From the human T2T-CHM13v2.0 reference genome, Homo sapiens, in assembly GCF_009914755.1 (NCBI RefSeq), contig NC_060927.1: a stretch of 64,000 bases of DNA; one strand, given 5' to 3'. Position numbers and translations under genes: made by a program. The notes under the pieces were generated by a model that worked only from the letters and a program-made list of their open reading frames with translations, had not been told where the DNA came from and searched no databases. Below are positions 16,535 through 29,354 of this stretch, in pieces (the first letter of the stretch is position 1; the number at the start of each line of letters is the position of its first letter).

Positions 16535-17855
16535 ATATTCCATCTATCCATGCTCCTCTACCTCCAGGCTAGCATTCTAGTTCAAACCACTCTCATCTTA
16601 AACTAGTACAACCATTGTGGAAGACAGTGTGGTGATTCCTCAAGGATCTAGAACTAGAAATACCATTTGACCCAGCCATCCCATTACTGGGTATATACCC
16701 AAAGGAATATAAATCATACTGCTATAAAGACACATGCACACATATGTTTATTGTGGCACTACTCACAATAGCAAAGACTTGGAATCAACCCAAATATCCA
16801 ACAATGATAGACTGGATTAAGAAAATGTGGCACATACACATCATGGAATACTATGCAGCCATAAAAAATGATGAGTTCATGTCCTTTGTAGGGACATGGA
16901 TGAAGCTGGAAACCATCATTCTCAGCAAACTATCGCAAGGACAAAAAAAACCAAACACTGCACGTTCTCACTCATAGGTGGGAATTGAACAATGAGAACA
17001 CTTGGACACAGGGTGGGGAACATCATACACCGGGACCTGTTGTGGGGTGGGGGGAGGGGGGAGGGATAGCATTAGGAGATATAACTAATGTAAATGACGA
17101 GTTAATGGGTGCAGCACGCCAACATGGCACATGTATACATATGTAACAAACCTGCACATTGTGCACATGTACCCTAGAACTTAAAGCATAATAAAAAAAA
17201 AATAAAAATAAATAAAATGAAATCTTACTTAAAAAAAAAACTGACAGTTAACTAGTCTGCTTCCATTCCTGCCATCCTCCTTGCTATTCTCCTCCCAGCA
17301 GCCAATGTTCAAAATCTAAATCAGAACTTATTTCCCTGCTTAAATGTCTTCAATGGTTTCCCATTGTCCATGAAATAAAATCCTGCCTGCAAGAGCCACA
17401 TGTTCCAGTTTGTGTCTTTCCCTTTGACCCTCTGACTTCTTCACCACATCCAGATCCCAGTGGCTGCCTTTTTGTTCTTCATATGCGTCAAGTTTATCCC
17501 CTTCTCAGGGCACTTGCACTTGTTGAAGTCTATCTACAAAGCTCCCTCATGCTGCACTCTCCCATGACTTGCGTTTCTTCTCATGTTTCTGGTCTCTGCT
17601 CAGCAGAGGCCTCCCGCACAGAAGTGTCCTCCTTCCCCTCACGTCCCCCACTACAAATCATTGCTGTACTTTCCTCAGATCAATTATTCCTTGGATTTAT
17701 GATGTTCATTTATTTCTGGGTTTAGTGTTTATCTCATTTCAACTAGAATGAAAGCTACAAGAGACTGAGCCTGTGTACCACTATCATATCCTCACCACTT
17801 TCCATGATACTTCATGCATCATTAGAACTTAATAGGTACTTTGCAATGAATGGAT
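16535..17855 (+). mobile_element. L2 3' fragment interrupted by L1PA
   Basis: L2 motifs (ctagttcaaaccactctcatct, cctgcttaaatgtcttcaatgg, ctagaatgaaagct...aatgaatg). Confidence 0.6.
16599..17240 (+). mobile_element. Short 5'-truncated L1PA5-like 3' end
   Basis: ORF2 C-terminus (MFIVALLTIAKTWNQPK), 3'UTR G-tract, poly(A) tail. Confidence 0.92.
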
Positions 17856-18198
17856 TCTTTAAACCATCTTTTAAAGAAGGAATACCTCTTCATGCCAAAA
17901 CAACACATAATCATGTCTTTTAATTAAAATTTATTTTTATTCTTACTGACACATATTTCACAAATAAGAAAGGTTGCATTGGATTTAGCATTCAAAACAC
18001 AGGTTCACAAGATCTTTAGAAAAAACTTACAGGAGGTACGAAGTATGCTGTTCTCCCAAGCCTGACTCATCTGAGACAGTAATTCACTTAAACCCTTGGG
18101 ACCGAGACTCCATGAGGCTCCTGGCATTTTCCCCATATTTCCACCAGCCACATCATTCTCTATTCTTATTCCCAGCAGAAAGGATTGACAAAACAAAG

Positions 18199-19446
18199 TG
18201 AAAAAAACTGTTAACATGTTTGCAGGTATGGATTCTAGCACATATGACTAGCTGTGAAAATAAACACATTCAAAGTTTTACAAAGTCAGAATTAGGACCT
18301 GCTTTCGTTGCACTGGTGTTATTTTCATAATTTCCCAAAATGTGTTTTCCTCTCTTTGTAAATTTTCATTGTGTGTTTTCTTCCCTTTTTAAATATTTCT
18401 TTCAATGTTTGCTTCATATACTTAAAAAGCACACACGTCATTATTCCTTCTGTGTTTGCCAAAGAATTAGATGCTATGGCAACTGCATCCAGAAAATGAT
18501 TATTGAAAATAATTAAGGCTTAAGCATGGACACAAATTATATCCAGGTAATAAATTCAAAAGGGAAAACGAGAGGCTAATGATGAAGGCAAGTGCTTTTG
18601 CTCCAAAATGAGTTCATGGTAGGCCTGTGAAGGTTTTTATATCTTGGAAACACTGCCTGCACAGTTTCTCCTCCTCTGCTACCATGGCTTCCACACTGAA
18701 CTCATCTGGATGCTTTATGTTAACACACTATCAGAATGCTTTCTCCCAAGTCATTAGCGGCACCTCTGACTTCCTCCCTGCTCTGCCTGGACATGCCAAC
18801 TTTTCCAATCCTTTCCTTCAACTAGTTCAGACAGAAGAAAAAAAAAAATACTGTATTTGACCTTAAAGCGGATCACTTGAATTTCAGTGCAATTAAAAGC
18901 AGTCAAAATGTAAACCCCACAGTGAGCTAGTATTAGAAAGGCTAAGAGACACTTAGGCAGCCCTGGCATGCGAAGAGATAATGCCCATTTGAGAATAATG
19001 ATAAAGCGGCTGCAGATGTTCAGTCAATTAGATTGCCTGATTAGCTCAACATTCCACTGCATCATGCAACTCAATAACAGATCGTCCCACTGTTCCTTTT
19101 CTGGAGGAATGGCTTTAAACAGCATTCCCACCACAGCTGCTGGGTTCCATCTATTGGTTTCTATACATTCCGCCACTCAACCCACATATTCCTAGTGCTT
19201 CTTTCGGTTGCCAAGTCGCAGATGTTTCTGCTTTCTCATTTCTCCTCTTCAGAATACCTTTTTCACTTGAAACCCAGTAAGCCCAAAGTGGGGGAAAATG
19301 CTACATTAGCTCTTCGCATTGTGGAAGCTAAAACACAGACAAAAAAGCTTACATCTACAAGTGCCAAATTCCAGAATGTTTATTATGAATTAATAATGGC
19401 ATACGTGGTAGGATCCACAAATGCAAACATGTTAACAGTTTTTTCA
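18199..19446. repeat. Long-range inverted repeat (arms ~18199-18271 and ~19374-19446)
   Basis: 23-bp perfect core AAAAAACTGTTAACATGTTTGCA (18202-18224) is the reverse complement of 19422-19444; 40/47 identity when extended inward, plus a shared AATAAACA block. Confidence 0.9.
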
Positions 19447-19479
19447 TTCCATTATTATTATTAATATGTAATAATTTAC

Positions 19480-19935
19480 AGTTACCCTAACATTCCTTTT
19501 ACTGGTCGAGTGGGCTTTAGCATTCTATCTAGACAGCCAGTAAGTTCTTACAAATAAGAACTGTCCCCAAGTTCTGAGGCAGAATACCCTGGAACAAAAC
19601 TCCAATTGCCAGAAACCTGTTTTCCTAGGCTCCCTTGCAGCTATGGTATAGCACATGACCTAGGCTCTGAAAAGGAAATGCACCTACCCCAGATTTTGAA
19701 TGGGAAGCTTATGGCACAAAGACACACAGACTGACAGAATTCATTTTAGTGCAGTGGCACAGTTGTGGTGGTACTATCTATTCACCACACCATTTCCTGA
19801 GACACTTCGTTTTCATGACAGTCTAATTCCAGGGCTTAACACAGAGCCCGTTCTCATTGTGTGTTTTCTGAATAAACCCTGAATTAACTCTATCTCCCAT
19901 CCAATTTTTAGAGCCTGGGAATATTAGCCAATATT
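19480..19935 (+). mobile_element. LTR33-like ERVL LTR fragment (a further 3'-end piece lies at ~20660-20885)
   Basis: ctcccttgcagctatgg...catgacctaggctc, agattttgaatgggaagct; 3' piece ctgcttaaacagccagagtctgtttctactgcttgcaattaagaac. Confidence 0.55.
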
Positions 19936-19959
19936 CACATTGCTCTTGGGCTATTTGTT

Positions 19960-20645
19960 TATCTATTCATTCATTCAACAAAGATTTACTGGGTCTGCAC
20001 CAAGCCAGGAGCTGCAATAAGCCCAATGGATAGGAGCGGTCCCTGCTCGCTGATGATGTTCATATTATAAAGAAGTCAGTCAATAAAAAATGCGATGAAA
20101 TATTGTTAGCCAAGTGACAAGGGAGATACTCTGGTGTGTACAATGCTTATGCTATGGAGGAGATCAAGGATGGAGTCCCATCCCAGCAAGGTGATATCCA
20201 AGCTGAAATAAGAAACAATGAGCAGGTCAAACAAAAGGAGACAGAAGAGTGGGGATCCCAGGCCAAGGGAACAGTTAATGGTAAGGCCAGGAAGCAGAAG
20301 AGGTGGAGGAGGTTTGGACCAAGGATGGGAGTGGCTGCTGACACCTACAGGATATGGTACAGAATGATGAGTGATGAGAGAGGAGATCAGGGCTAGAATA
20401 TAAGCCTTTTCAATTGGTAAATTCCAAAAACAAGAGAAGCTGTTGGAATGTTTTCAGCAAGAAAGTGGCCTCATGATTAGATACGTGTGTTTGCTGCCCC
20501 AGGGAGAAGGTACTGGAGAAGGGCAAAGGCAGGAGACCAGTTACAGAGCTGTTTCAATAAGCCATTCATTCCACCAACACTTATGAAGGATCTAGTAGGC
20601 ACAAGGTCCTGTACGGGTACTGGAAATAGAATAGAGAGCAAAAAG
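19960..20645 (-). mobile_element. L2 fragments
   Basis: Antisense L2 3' ends (tattcattcattcaacaaagatttactg; cattcattccaccaacacttatg) and purine-rich L2 body. Confidence 0.55.
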
Positions 20646-21124
20646 AATATAAAAGGACAGCAGAAGTTTCCAGTTCTAGTACCTGGATCTTAGGTTGGTC
20701 CTGATATTCATGATACAAGCTGTGAGGTTCATGGTGTTCTTAATGTTCTTGGCTGTGTAATCTCTTGGCTTAGCCTCAGATATTTTCTCCTTGATTCATC
20801 CAACATCCTTTTAACAGACTCTCTCTCTGCTTAAACAGCCAGAGTCTGTTTCTACTGCTTGCAATTAAGAACTCCAAAGATACCGACATCGTGGAACAAT
20901 GAAATGTGATGTTAGAGAACAGGCTGGTACTAAGACAGAATATTATTTCTTTCTCTCTACTTAACAACCCAGAGCTATGCTACCAAGTGAGCCATGGATC
21001 TAGGTTCCTTCTAACTTGCTCCACCATCCTCCTCTGCAAGGGCAAATCTACCTTCTACCACTTCTACATTTCAACCCAAAAGAAAAGAAAAAGACATGGG
21101 TGGAGAACAAGTAGTTTTCCTTTT

Positions 21125-21615
21125 TGTATTTGTTTCCTATTGCTACTATAACAAGTTATCACACTTACTGGCTTAAAACGCCACAAATGCAATGCCTTAG
21201 TGTCCAGGAGGTCAGAAGTCTGAAACTGTCTTCTAGGCAAATTCAAGGTGTCAGTAGAGCCACTCTTCTCCTGTAGGCTCTAAGGGAAAATCTGTTTCCT
21301 TGTCTTTTCCAGGTTATAGAGGCTGACCACAGTCCTTGCCTTGTGGCCCCTTCCTCCATTCTCAAAGCACATCATTCCAAGCTCTGCTTCAATCGTCACA
21401 TCTCCTCTACCACTCTGATCCTCCTGCCTCTCTCTTAGAAGGTCCCTTGTGATCACACTGGGCCCAAATGGGTAATCCATGACACTCTCCCCATCTCAAG
21501 ATCCCTAAATTAATCACAGATATAAAGTCCATTTTGCCATGGAAGGTAACATATTCATAGGTTCCAGTGATGAAGATGTGGACACATTTCGGGGACCATT
21601 ATTCAACCTACCCCA
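21125..21615 (-). mobile_element. MLT1D-like MaLR LTR
   Basis: Antisense MLT1 ends (tgtatttgtttcctattgctactataaca ... cattattcaacctacccca). Confidence 0.8.
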
Positions 21616-21823
21616 GAATGGAACCCAGAAATGAAACCTATTATTTTCACTCACAACCTCCAACGTGACATTAGACACATCCAACTGCAAGGGGGCTTGG
21701 AAATTTCAGTCAACCTTGGTGAGCCTGTGCCCTGCCAAAATGTGATGATAATTGTAAAGGGGGAAGGTTGCTGTAATTGAAAGAAAAATAGGAAGAATGA
21801 AAACTGGGTATATCCTGATGTAT

Positions 21824-22176
21824 TGACATGGTTTGGCTGTGTCCCCACCCAAATCTCATTTTGACTTGTAGCTCCCACAATTCCCACATGTCATGGGAGG
21901 GACTGGTAGGAGGTATTTGAATCATGGGGGCAAGTCTTTTCCATGCTGTTCTTGTGATAGTGAATAAGTCTCATGAGATCTCATGGTTTTATAAAGTGGA
22001 GTTCCCCCACACAAGTTCTTTCTTGCCTGCTGCATTTAAGACATGCCTTGCTCTTCTGCTATGATTGTGAGGCCTCCCCAGCCATGTGGAACTATGAGTC
22101 AATTAAACTTCTTTCCTTTATAAACTACCCAGGCTCAGGTATGGCTTTATGAGCAGCATGAGAACAGACTAATACA
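21824..22176 (+). mobile_element. THE1B-like MaLR solo LTR
   Basis: tgacatggtttggctgtgtccccacccaaatctc ... gagaacagactaataca, about 350 bp. Confidence 0.9.
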
Positions 22177-23090
22177 GTTGTCCTGGCAGGAACGGGTACA
22201 ATTGAGGAGAGTTTAATAGAGGGACTATTCACAACATATGAACAAAGTTAAAGGAAACCAACCTAAGATGGTGATGCAGCCTAAATTTAGCAACAGCTGA
22301 GAGCTGTTACCACCCCCAGGCCACCTTCGCTTTGAAGGGAGCAAAGGGAAGGTGTATTCAGTTCTTAGGGCTGCTGTAACAAATTACCACAAACCAGGTG
22401 GCTTAAAATAACAGAAATGTATTCTCTCAATGTTATAGAGGAGAGATGCCTAAAATGAGTGTCAGCAGGGCCACACTCCCTCCAAAGGCAATAAGCAGAA
22501 TCCTTCCTTGCTTCTTCTAGCTTCTAGTGCTTCCTCAGGATTCTGTGCCTCCTTTGGCTTAGGGCATCTTAACTTTAATCCCTGCCTCTGTCTTCACATG
22601 GTCCTCTTCCCTGTGTCTCCTCTGGGCTTCACATGTCTCTCTTTTTGTAGAGACACTAGTCATTGGGTGTAGGGCACACCCTAATCCAGTAAACTCATCT
22701 TTACTTGGTTACATCTGCAAAGAGTCTATTTCCAAATAAGGTAACAATCACAGGTACAGGGCATTATGACTTATATCTTTTTGAGATACACAATTCAACA
22801 CACAGCAATAGAGGCTACAAGGTCCTGGAGATAAGAATTCCAGCTCAAGAAAAGCTGTGGCATTCCATACAGGAATGCAGACAAGTTATGGCAATCCTAC
22901 ATGAAAGAAGGTGATGGAACAAATACCCTCAGTGCACTCTCCTCCCACCTTCTGATGTCCTGCTTTCCACTGGCTGAATCCAATTAGAATTTGAGGAGAT
23001 ATGGCCAGAGATGCCATTATAGCAGTCCATAGAAGTCAGCCTCTTGGGGCACAGAGCAGGCTGGAGAGCGTAGCAGATATGACAGCACAA
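22177..23090 (-). mobile_element. LTR67B-like ERVL LTR interrupted by MLT1C
   Basis: ttgaggagagtttaatagagggactatt, gttaccacccccaggcc, ctctcctcccaccttctgat, ggggcacagagcagg motifs. Confidence 0.55.
22353..22807 (-). mobile_element. MLT1C-like MaLR LTR
   Basis: tgtattcagttcttagggctgctgtaacaaattaccacaaac ... tatttccaaataaggt ... cacaattcaacacacagca. Confidence 0.8.
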
Positions 23091-23154
23091 GCACAGTCTG
23101 TACAAGGGGCCACATAATTCGTCTACCACAGGAGCCTTATAAGCACAATGTGGC

Positions 23155-23583
<429 letters not shown>

Positions 23584-23709
23584 TAACCTAAAATCTGATA
23601 CCTACAGATTTGCTACTAGGGAGCAGGGGGCACTTGCATATCCTCCAAGAAGGGACCTTTTTGAATCTTGAGAAGACAAAGAGTGGATCATTTCCTCTGC
23701 TGACAGTCG

Positions 23710-24614
23710 ATGATGCTTCTGGGTACCTGTTTTCAAGATGCTCAGAATAGCATGGAGGAGATACACAGTTAAACAAAAACAATTTGAGGGGAGTTTTAAG
23801 AGTATGTGAAAGCGCTAGGAGAATACAAATGAGGAAGCAATTAGCTAGATTCAATACACTGTTGGTTATAATTTACTAGATTCCGCCTCCTTGAAAACTT
23901 GGTAATCTATGAAAACTAAATGGGGAAAATGTGCGTTAGCAAGATTTTAACAATTCCCAGTCATTCTCTGTAAACTGGGAGTTACTAATTGAGGCCCTCT
24001 GGGTGACTGTTCCCAAGAACATTCCCAAAGGCAGCCCCCACTTTTTCTAAACCAAAATAGAAAGAAATTTCTAAGCATTTTAGAAGTCATCAACAGCAAC
24101 TTTCTATTTTTGAAAAACAGATTCCCAGTGGGTCCAACTCTCACGTCTATGATAACTTAAAAAAAAATTAAATGACATTTAAATAGGAATTACTTAATGA
24201 TTTAATGAAGGAAAACAGGAATATTCTCACCTGTATTAAAGGAAGCTTAATGCTGCCGCTAAGTATGCCTATGATCTTTGCAGCCATATGTATGCACATG
24301 AATGTCAGCACATGTATATGTGTTTGGGGAAAACATTTTCTCTCACTAGTTCGTCCAAGTGGACAAAATTCTTTAACTTAATATGGCACCTCCTTATTGC
24401 CCTGCTCCATAGGATATGGGGAGACATAATTGCTGGTATATCTGGAAACAGTAAACTGAACAAACTCAGCCTACTCCATGCTTCTCTCTCCCTGGCTCCA
24501 AGCTTGCTCTGCAGCTGTTCTGAAGCAGGTCCTGGGATGACAACCTAATGATGCTTCTGGGTACCAGTTTTCAAGATGCTCAGAGTAACACGGAGGAGAC
24601 ATAAAGCTAAACAA
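23710..24614. repeat. Dispersed 67-bp direct repeat (23710-23776 and 24548-24614)
   Basis: atgatgcttctgggtacc(t/a)gttttcaagatgctcaga...aaacaa; 59/67 identical, offset 838 bp. Confidence 0.92.
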
Positions 24615-25104
24615 GGCCTACCTCAACCCATCTCTGCCTATAAGTGGTAGATGTAACTACTAAATTCTGGACGTCAGCCTTACAACAAGCCCACTTAGCC
24701 AACAAAACTAAAGTTCTGTTCTCCAACCTGGCTTCTACCAGTAATACATAGGTGATAAAGGCTTCCACAGCCTCTTCTTTGTTTTATTTCTCATTGTATT
24801 ATAGAATGTGAGCGGGCAAAGGGCTTCTGTTTCTTGGGGGCTCTCTCGAAGGCCTCAGCCATTGGTGAGTTGTCTTGGAGTACTATGAAATACACAAAAT
24901 GTCTAAGTTGGTGAAACAAATGTGCTTTTCTGACACGACCTGTGGCTTTGGGTCTTGGACTTTAATGTGTGGGCAAAGGAGATGAACCTTGATGGGTGGA
25001 TAAAGCTTACAGCCCATGAGGTCAGAAGAATTTAAGAGCAGTGCTCTGGGAGGGAGGCTTTAAGCCCGGAGCCATATGGTACCTTGAACTTGGCAGATTA
25101 AGCA

Positions 25105-25402
25105 GATACTCCTGATATTCCACCAAGATCCATTTTAGAGCATCTGTATGCCTAGCTCCCATTTTCTGTCTGCTCTGCCTCTAAAGACTCATATCTGTTA
25201 CCTGTGACTTCTTGTACAGGCCTGCCCTCATATTACCAGAACTGTCTCACCTTCACAAGCATTAAACTGAAAATGCCTGGGAATTACACCTCTTGGAGTG
25301 ACCCAAAGCCGATGGCTGATTGGTGTGGGAGGATGAAAGCCAGCTCCCTTACCACAGAATGGAACAAACTATGGGGTGTAATCTACACTCCAGAGATCCC
25401 TG
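25105..25402 (+). mobile_element. LTR16 (A/B/E-like) fragment
   Basis: tgcctgggaattacacc, atgaaagccagctccctt, tgtaatctacactccagagatccc. Confidence 0.6.
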
Positions 25403-25652
25403 AAGCTGTATCTCTCTTGCTATTGAGCATTTTCAGCTCTGTGCCTCAGCAGCTGTTCTTACTGTCTCGCGTTATAAAACTGCCCAAGCCCAGTGTCTCC
25501 CAGGGAACGTTTCTCTTGGGAGAGAAAGCTCACTCTCAACTCAGCACTTCAGTGAGTGAAAATGAAGAGAGATACACTGAATAATAAAGAAAAGTATCTT
25601 AAATAAGATCTTGATAAGGACCACCATCATTGCAGATTTTTCTTAAGCTTTG

Positions 25653-26277
25653 TGTACTGATTTTCTATTGCTGCATAACAAATAACCATGAACTTAGTGG
25701 TTTAAACAGCACACTATTTTCACACGGTTTGCATGAGTCAAGGGTCTGAGCACATTTTAGCTGTGTCCTCTGCTCGGGCTCTCAGGTGACTGACATCAAG
25801 GTGTCATCTGGGGCTGAGATCTCCCCTGAGGCTTGAGGCCCTTCACCAAGCTGACTCAGGTTGTTGGCAGAATTTAATTCCTTGAAGTTGTAGGACTAGG
25901 GTCCTCATTATCTTGCTGGTGGTTGGGTTGGACAAAGGCCAATCTTACTACCATAGGATGCACTTGGGAGTGTCTCCTTAGGTGGTTCACAACAGGGATG
26001 TTTGCTTTTTTCTAGGCCAGAGGAAGCTCTTATGTATAACCCCCACAGCCGGCTTCTGCAAGCAGCCTGAGAAAAACCTCTGCTTTAGAGGGTTCGTCCA
26101 ACAAGGGTGGGCTTGCCTGGACATCTCTCTTTTGCCATATAAAGTAATAACATCATAGGATGTGATATCATGGAGTATCATGGAGTTCTACCCATATCCA
26201 AGTAGGTACTACAAGACATGTATATGGAGGGGGAGGAGGGGAATCCTGGGGGCCATCTTAGAATCCAGCCTACCATA
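25653..26277 (-). mobile_element. MLT1E-family MaLR LTR
   Basis: ttttctattgctgcataacaaat ... ggttgttggcagaatttaattcctt ... ggggccatcttagaatccagcctaccata. Confidence 0.75.
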
Positions 26278-27286
26278 CTTGCAAAGTAGCAGTAGTGCCT
26301 GAAATGCCATTTTCTGAGTTAGGAAACAGTACACAAAAGCGGATTTTCTACCAGGTATGGCAAATTTATAGTATTAACCTCTTACTACAGAGAGTATTCT
26401 GTTCATGTAGAGAATTCTGCAAAGAAAGTTGAAATCAAGAAACTCTCTTGATTTCTCTCAACCCTCGTTGGTCTTAGAGAACTGGCTCTCTCGCAACATT
26501 AAATGCGGGAAAAAAAAAATCACAAAAGAAGAAAAAAAAAGAGTGTCTTCTAAGGACAAAAAAAAAAAAATGATCCTACCTGGGATGACTGGCAGTGCCC
26601 TAGAGAATACAGACTGGCAATTTTTTGAATAAAACTGATTATGTTACAGTGTGGCCAATGCTATGTAAAATTTTTATGTATCATATTAACTCTTTGGCTC
26701 TTTAAAAACTAAGGATATGAGAGTCTTGGTCTCAATTTCTGAGGTCTTCCTCCCTCAGCCGGCAGCTGCTGAAGAATCACCAATTCTCTGACGTATCACT
26801 TAGAGTAAATTGGAGAGATGGATGTGGGCTTCTATTTTTACATAATAATTTCGAACTTGTAACTGAAAGACGAGGAATTTGACTGTAGAATTTAATTCAT
26901 TTGAACATGAAATGTGTTTGGTATTCAACTCCTAAGGGGATTTAATCTGTAGACTTCACTTTTTCCTTGGAAATATGATAATGAAAAGTTAATTCACGTT
27001 TGAAGTAGAAGCATCTGTAAGATAATAAAAGTATAATACAATAGAATAGAACCACCACAGTGCATTTGCAAAGATAAGTGCTTTTCCGTGAAACAATAAT
27101 TTCTCCATTACATATATCTGTATATTTGTACTTGTTTATGATATAGAATGCAATTCTTCCCCTAGGTTGCAGTACAAGTAGTTTGAGAGCCATTTAATAC
27201 ATATGAAGTGTTGAATATCATTTCTGCACATCATAAGCATCACCGTACTGCAGATAGTGTTCTAGCAGCAGCGGCATCCACAGCAG

Positions 27287-27645
27287 CAGCTCTCCACTTG
27301 AGTTAGACATTGACTCAGCTGGGGAGCATTAAATCACCAGGGGATGCTGCCTTCTAACCTGCAGGATTCTCATGGGATTGGCCTGGGATGCAGCCTGGGC
27401 ATTGGGCTTACATGAAGGAGATTAGCTTAGCGGTACAGACCTAAGAATTGGATCCCATCTCTACCCCTCATTGATTGTGGAACCCTGGATACGCTACCTC
27501 TCATGACTTCAGCTCCCTCATCTGTAACATGAGAATTATTCCATTGCCTGCTTTTATGGGGTGATTAGGGCTAAATTGCACAATATATGGAAAGCACTTA
27601 GCAAAGTTCTTGTGGTATATGTTCACAAAGTGGTAGTTATTATTC
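27287..27645. mobile_element. MER5A fragment (27287-27406) followed by MIR (27420-27645)
   Basis: cagctggggagcattaaa...ggattggcctgggatgcagcctgggcattggg; MIR core cttcagctccctcatctgtaacatgag. Confidence 0.55.
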
Positions 27646-28084
27646 AGAAATAATAAAAACTACTACAACAGGAAACTTGAACTCACATATTTATTGGTGC
27701 TTTTTGTCAAAAGAATCCTGCCATTTATTTAGATTACATATATTAGAAACCATCATTTTATACTTAGAAACTGGGAAGCAAAACTTATAGAACTTGGGAT
27801 CGCTCACTAATATCAGTTATGAATACTTTATTAAAAATGTTTTATCACTTTTCTTGTTCAACTACTGGTTACCTAAGTTTGTCTTCACTCTTTCTGGCCT
27901 TGCAGTCTTTTGCAGCTATTCTCACCTACCAGTCAGGGTATCATATGAAATATCTCATTGGTGGCTTTGGGTCACATAATGACCTCTGTCTTAACTACTC
28001 CTAACCTGCCCTCCACCTGCCACTGGCTCCAAGCCTTTGCAACTCTTCTCATCAACTATTTTTCCAGGTCAAGTAAGTTAAAAG

Positions 28085-28745
28085 AAAATACTTTTATCAT
28101 TTTTCACCCATCAAATTAGCAAACATTTAAAAATCTGATAATATCAAACACTGGTGGGAAGTAAGCCAGTAAGTTCTCTTCTGTACTACTAGAGGAAGTG
28201 AAATTAGTACTACAACTTTGGAAGGCAATTTGAAATGAGCAAAACTTAAAATGCACTTATTCTTGTACAATACACTTCCTGATTAACCAGCAATTGCACT
28301 TTCAAATATCTAATGTCAAAGAAACCTTCCACATTTGAAGAAGGAGGCACAGCCCATGATACTCCCTGCAGCCCTGCCTGTAATATCAAAACTATGGGAT
28401 CAACATAAATGTTTATACAAAGAAGAACAGCTAATGAAACTATGATAGACTCCACCAAGAAATACTATGCAGAAATTAAAAGGGAAGAGTTCGATCTATT
28501 TATAACAAAATATAATGTTAAAAGAAAAAAGGAAAACGCAAAATGGTACACAATATTGTTCATGTAAAACACATATACAATACTTAACATGTTCTGTGCA
28601 TATGTGTGTAAAAAGGGCACCAAACACACTAATTAAACTCTTAAATTTGATTTTCTCTGTAACAGCCAGGAAAGCCTACCTGTAACTTTTGGATTTTATT
28701 AAATAACATATTAATTACTTGCATAATTAAATACTTGCTTATAAA
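28085..28745 (+). mobile_element. Ancient L1ME 3' fragment
   Basis: tttttcacccatcaaattagcaaacattt, caactttggaaggcaatttg, aatactatgcag motifs. Confidence 0.55.
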
Positions 28746-29354
28746 ATTCCACTTTCTAAAAGCAGAAAAAAGACCTCTGTTTTGCTCTTCCCCTGATGGC
28801 AGAGAATCTAATGATGGGTGAGAACTTATGAGACGCCAGGGGAAGCCCAGGACAAGAGGTAACTGCCTGTATTGAAGGATGCATGTTATCTAGAAAACTA
28901 GGAGGGTCTAAGACTTCATCTGCTGTTCATGGAGGTATACATGGCTGCCTGGGCAGTGCCATCTTTAAAACACCACATTGAAATGTACTTAGACCAGGGT
29001 GGGGAGTGTGGATGTTCATGGCCTCAGCTCCATTACCAGGGCATTTGAGGCAAGCCTCGGAGAGTAGATTCCCACAAGGCACGTGACTCCCTGCCTAAAT
29101 GCCTGCAGCCCAGAGCTGCATGCTCAGACCCATGAAGGGGACCCACAGGAATCTAGTGAATTGGGAAAGACCTAGTCAACATGAATGTATTAATATCCTC
29201 TAGGCCTAAATGATCTAGGACACCCCAGGCCTCAGAGAAAGGGGTGGGAAGGACTGGCAAAGCAGACAGTGTCCGAGGGTGCACAATTGAAGAGTGCTTT
29301 CTTTTTTTTTTTTTAGCCTGTCCCATCCCCCACTCCCATCCCATGCCAATCTCA

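Noticed and set aside
23710-23776. Direct-repeat unit as a box C/D snoRNA pair
   Set aside because: ATGATGC is not a canonical C box (RTGATGA), and there is no terminal CTGA D box or terminal stem.
25407-25576. 12-bp inverted repeat tgtatctctctt / aagagagataca as MITE termini
   Set aside because: Short and low complexity with no TSD; compatible with chance.
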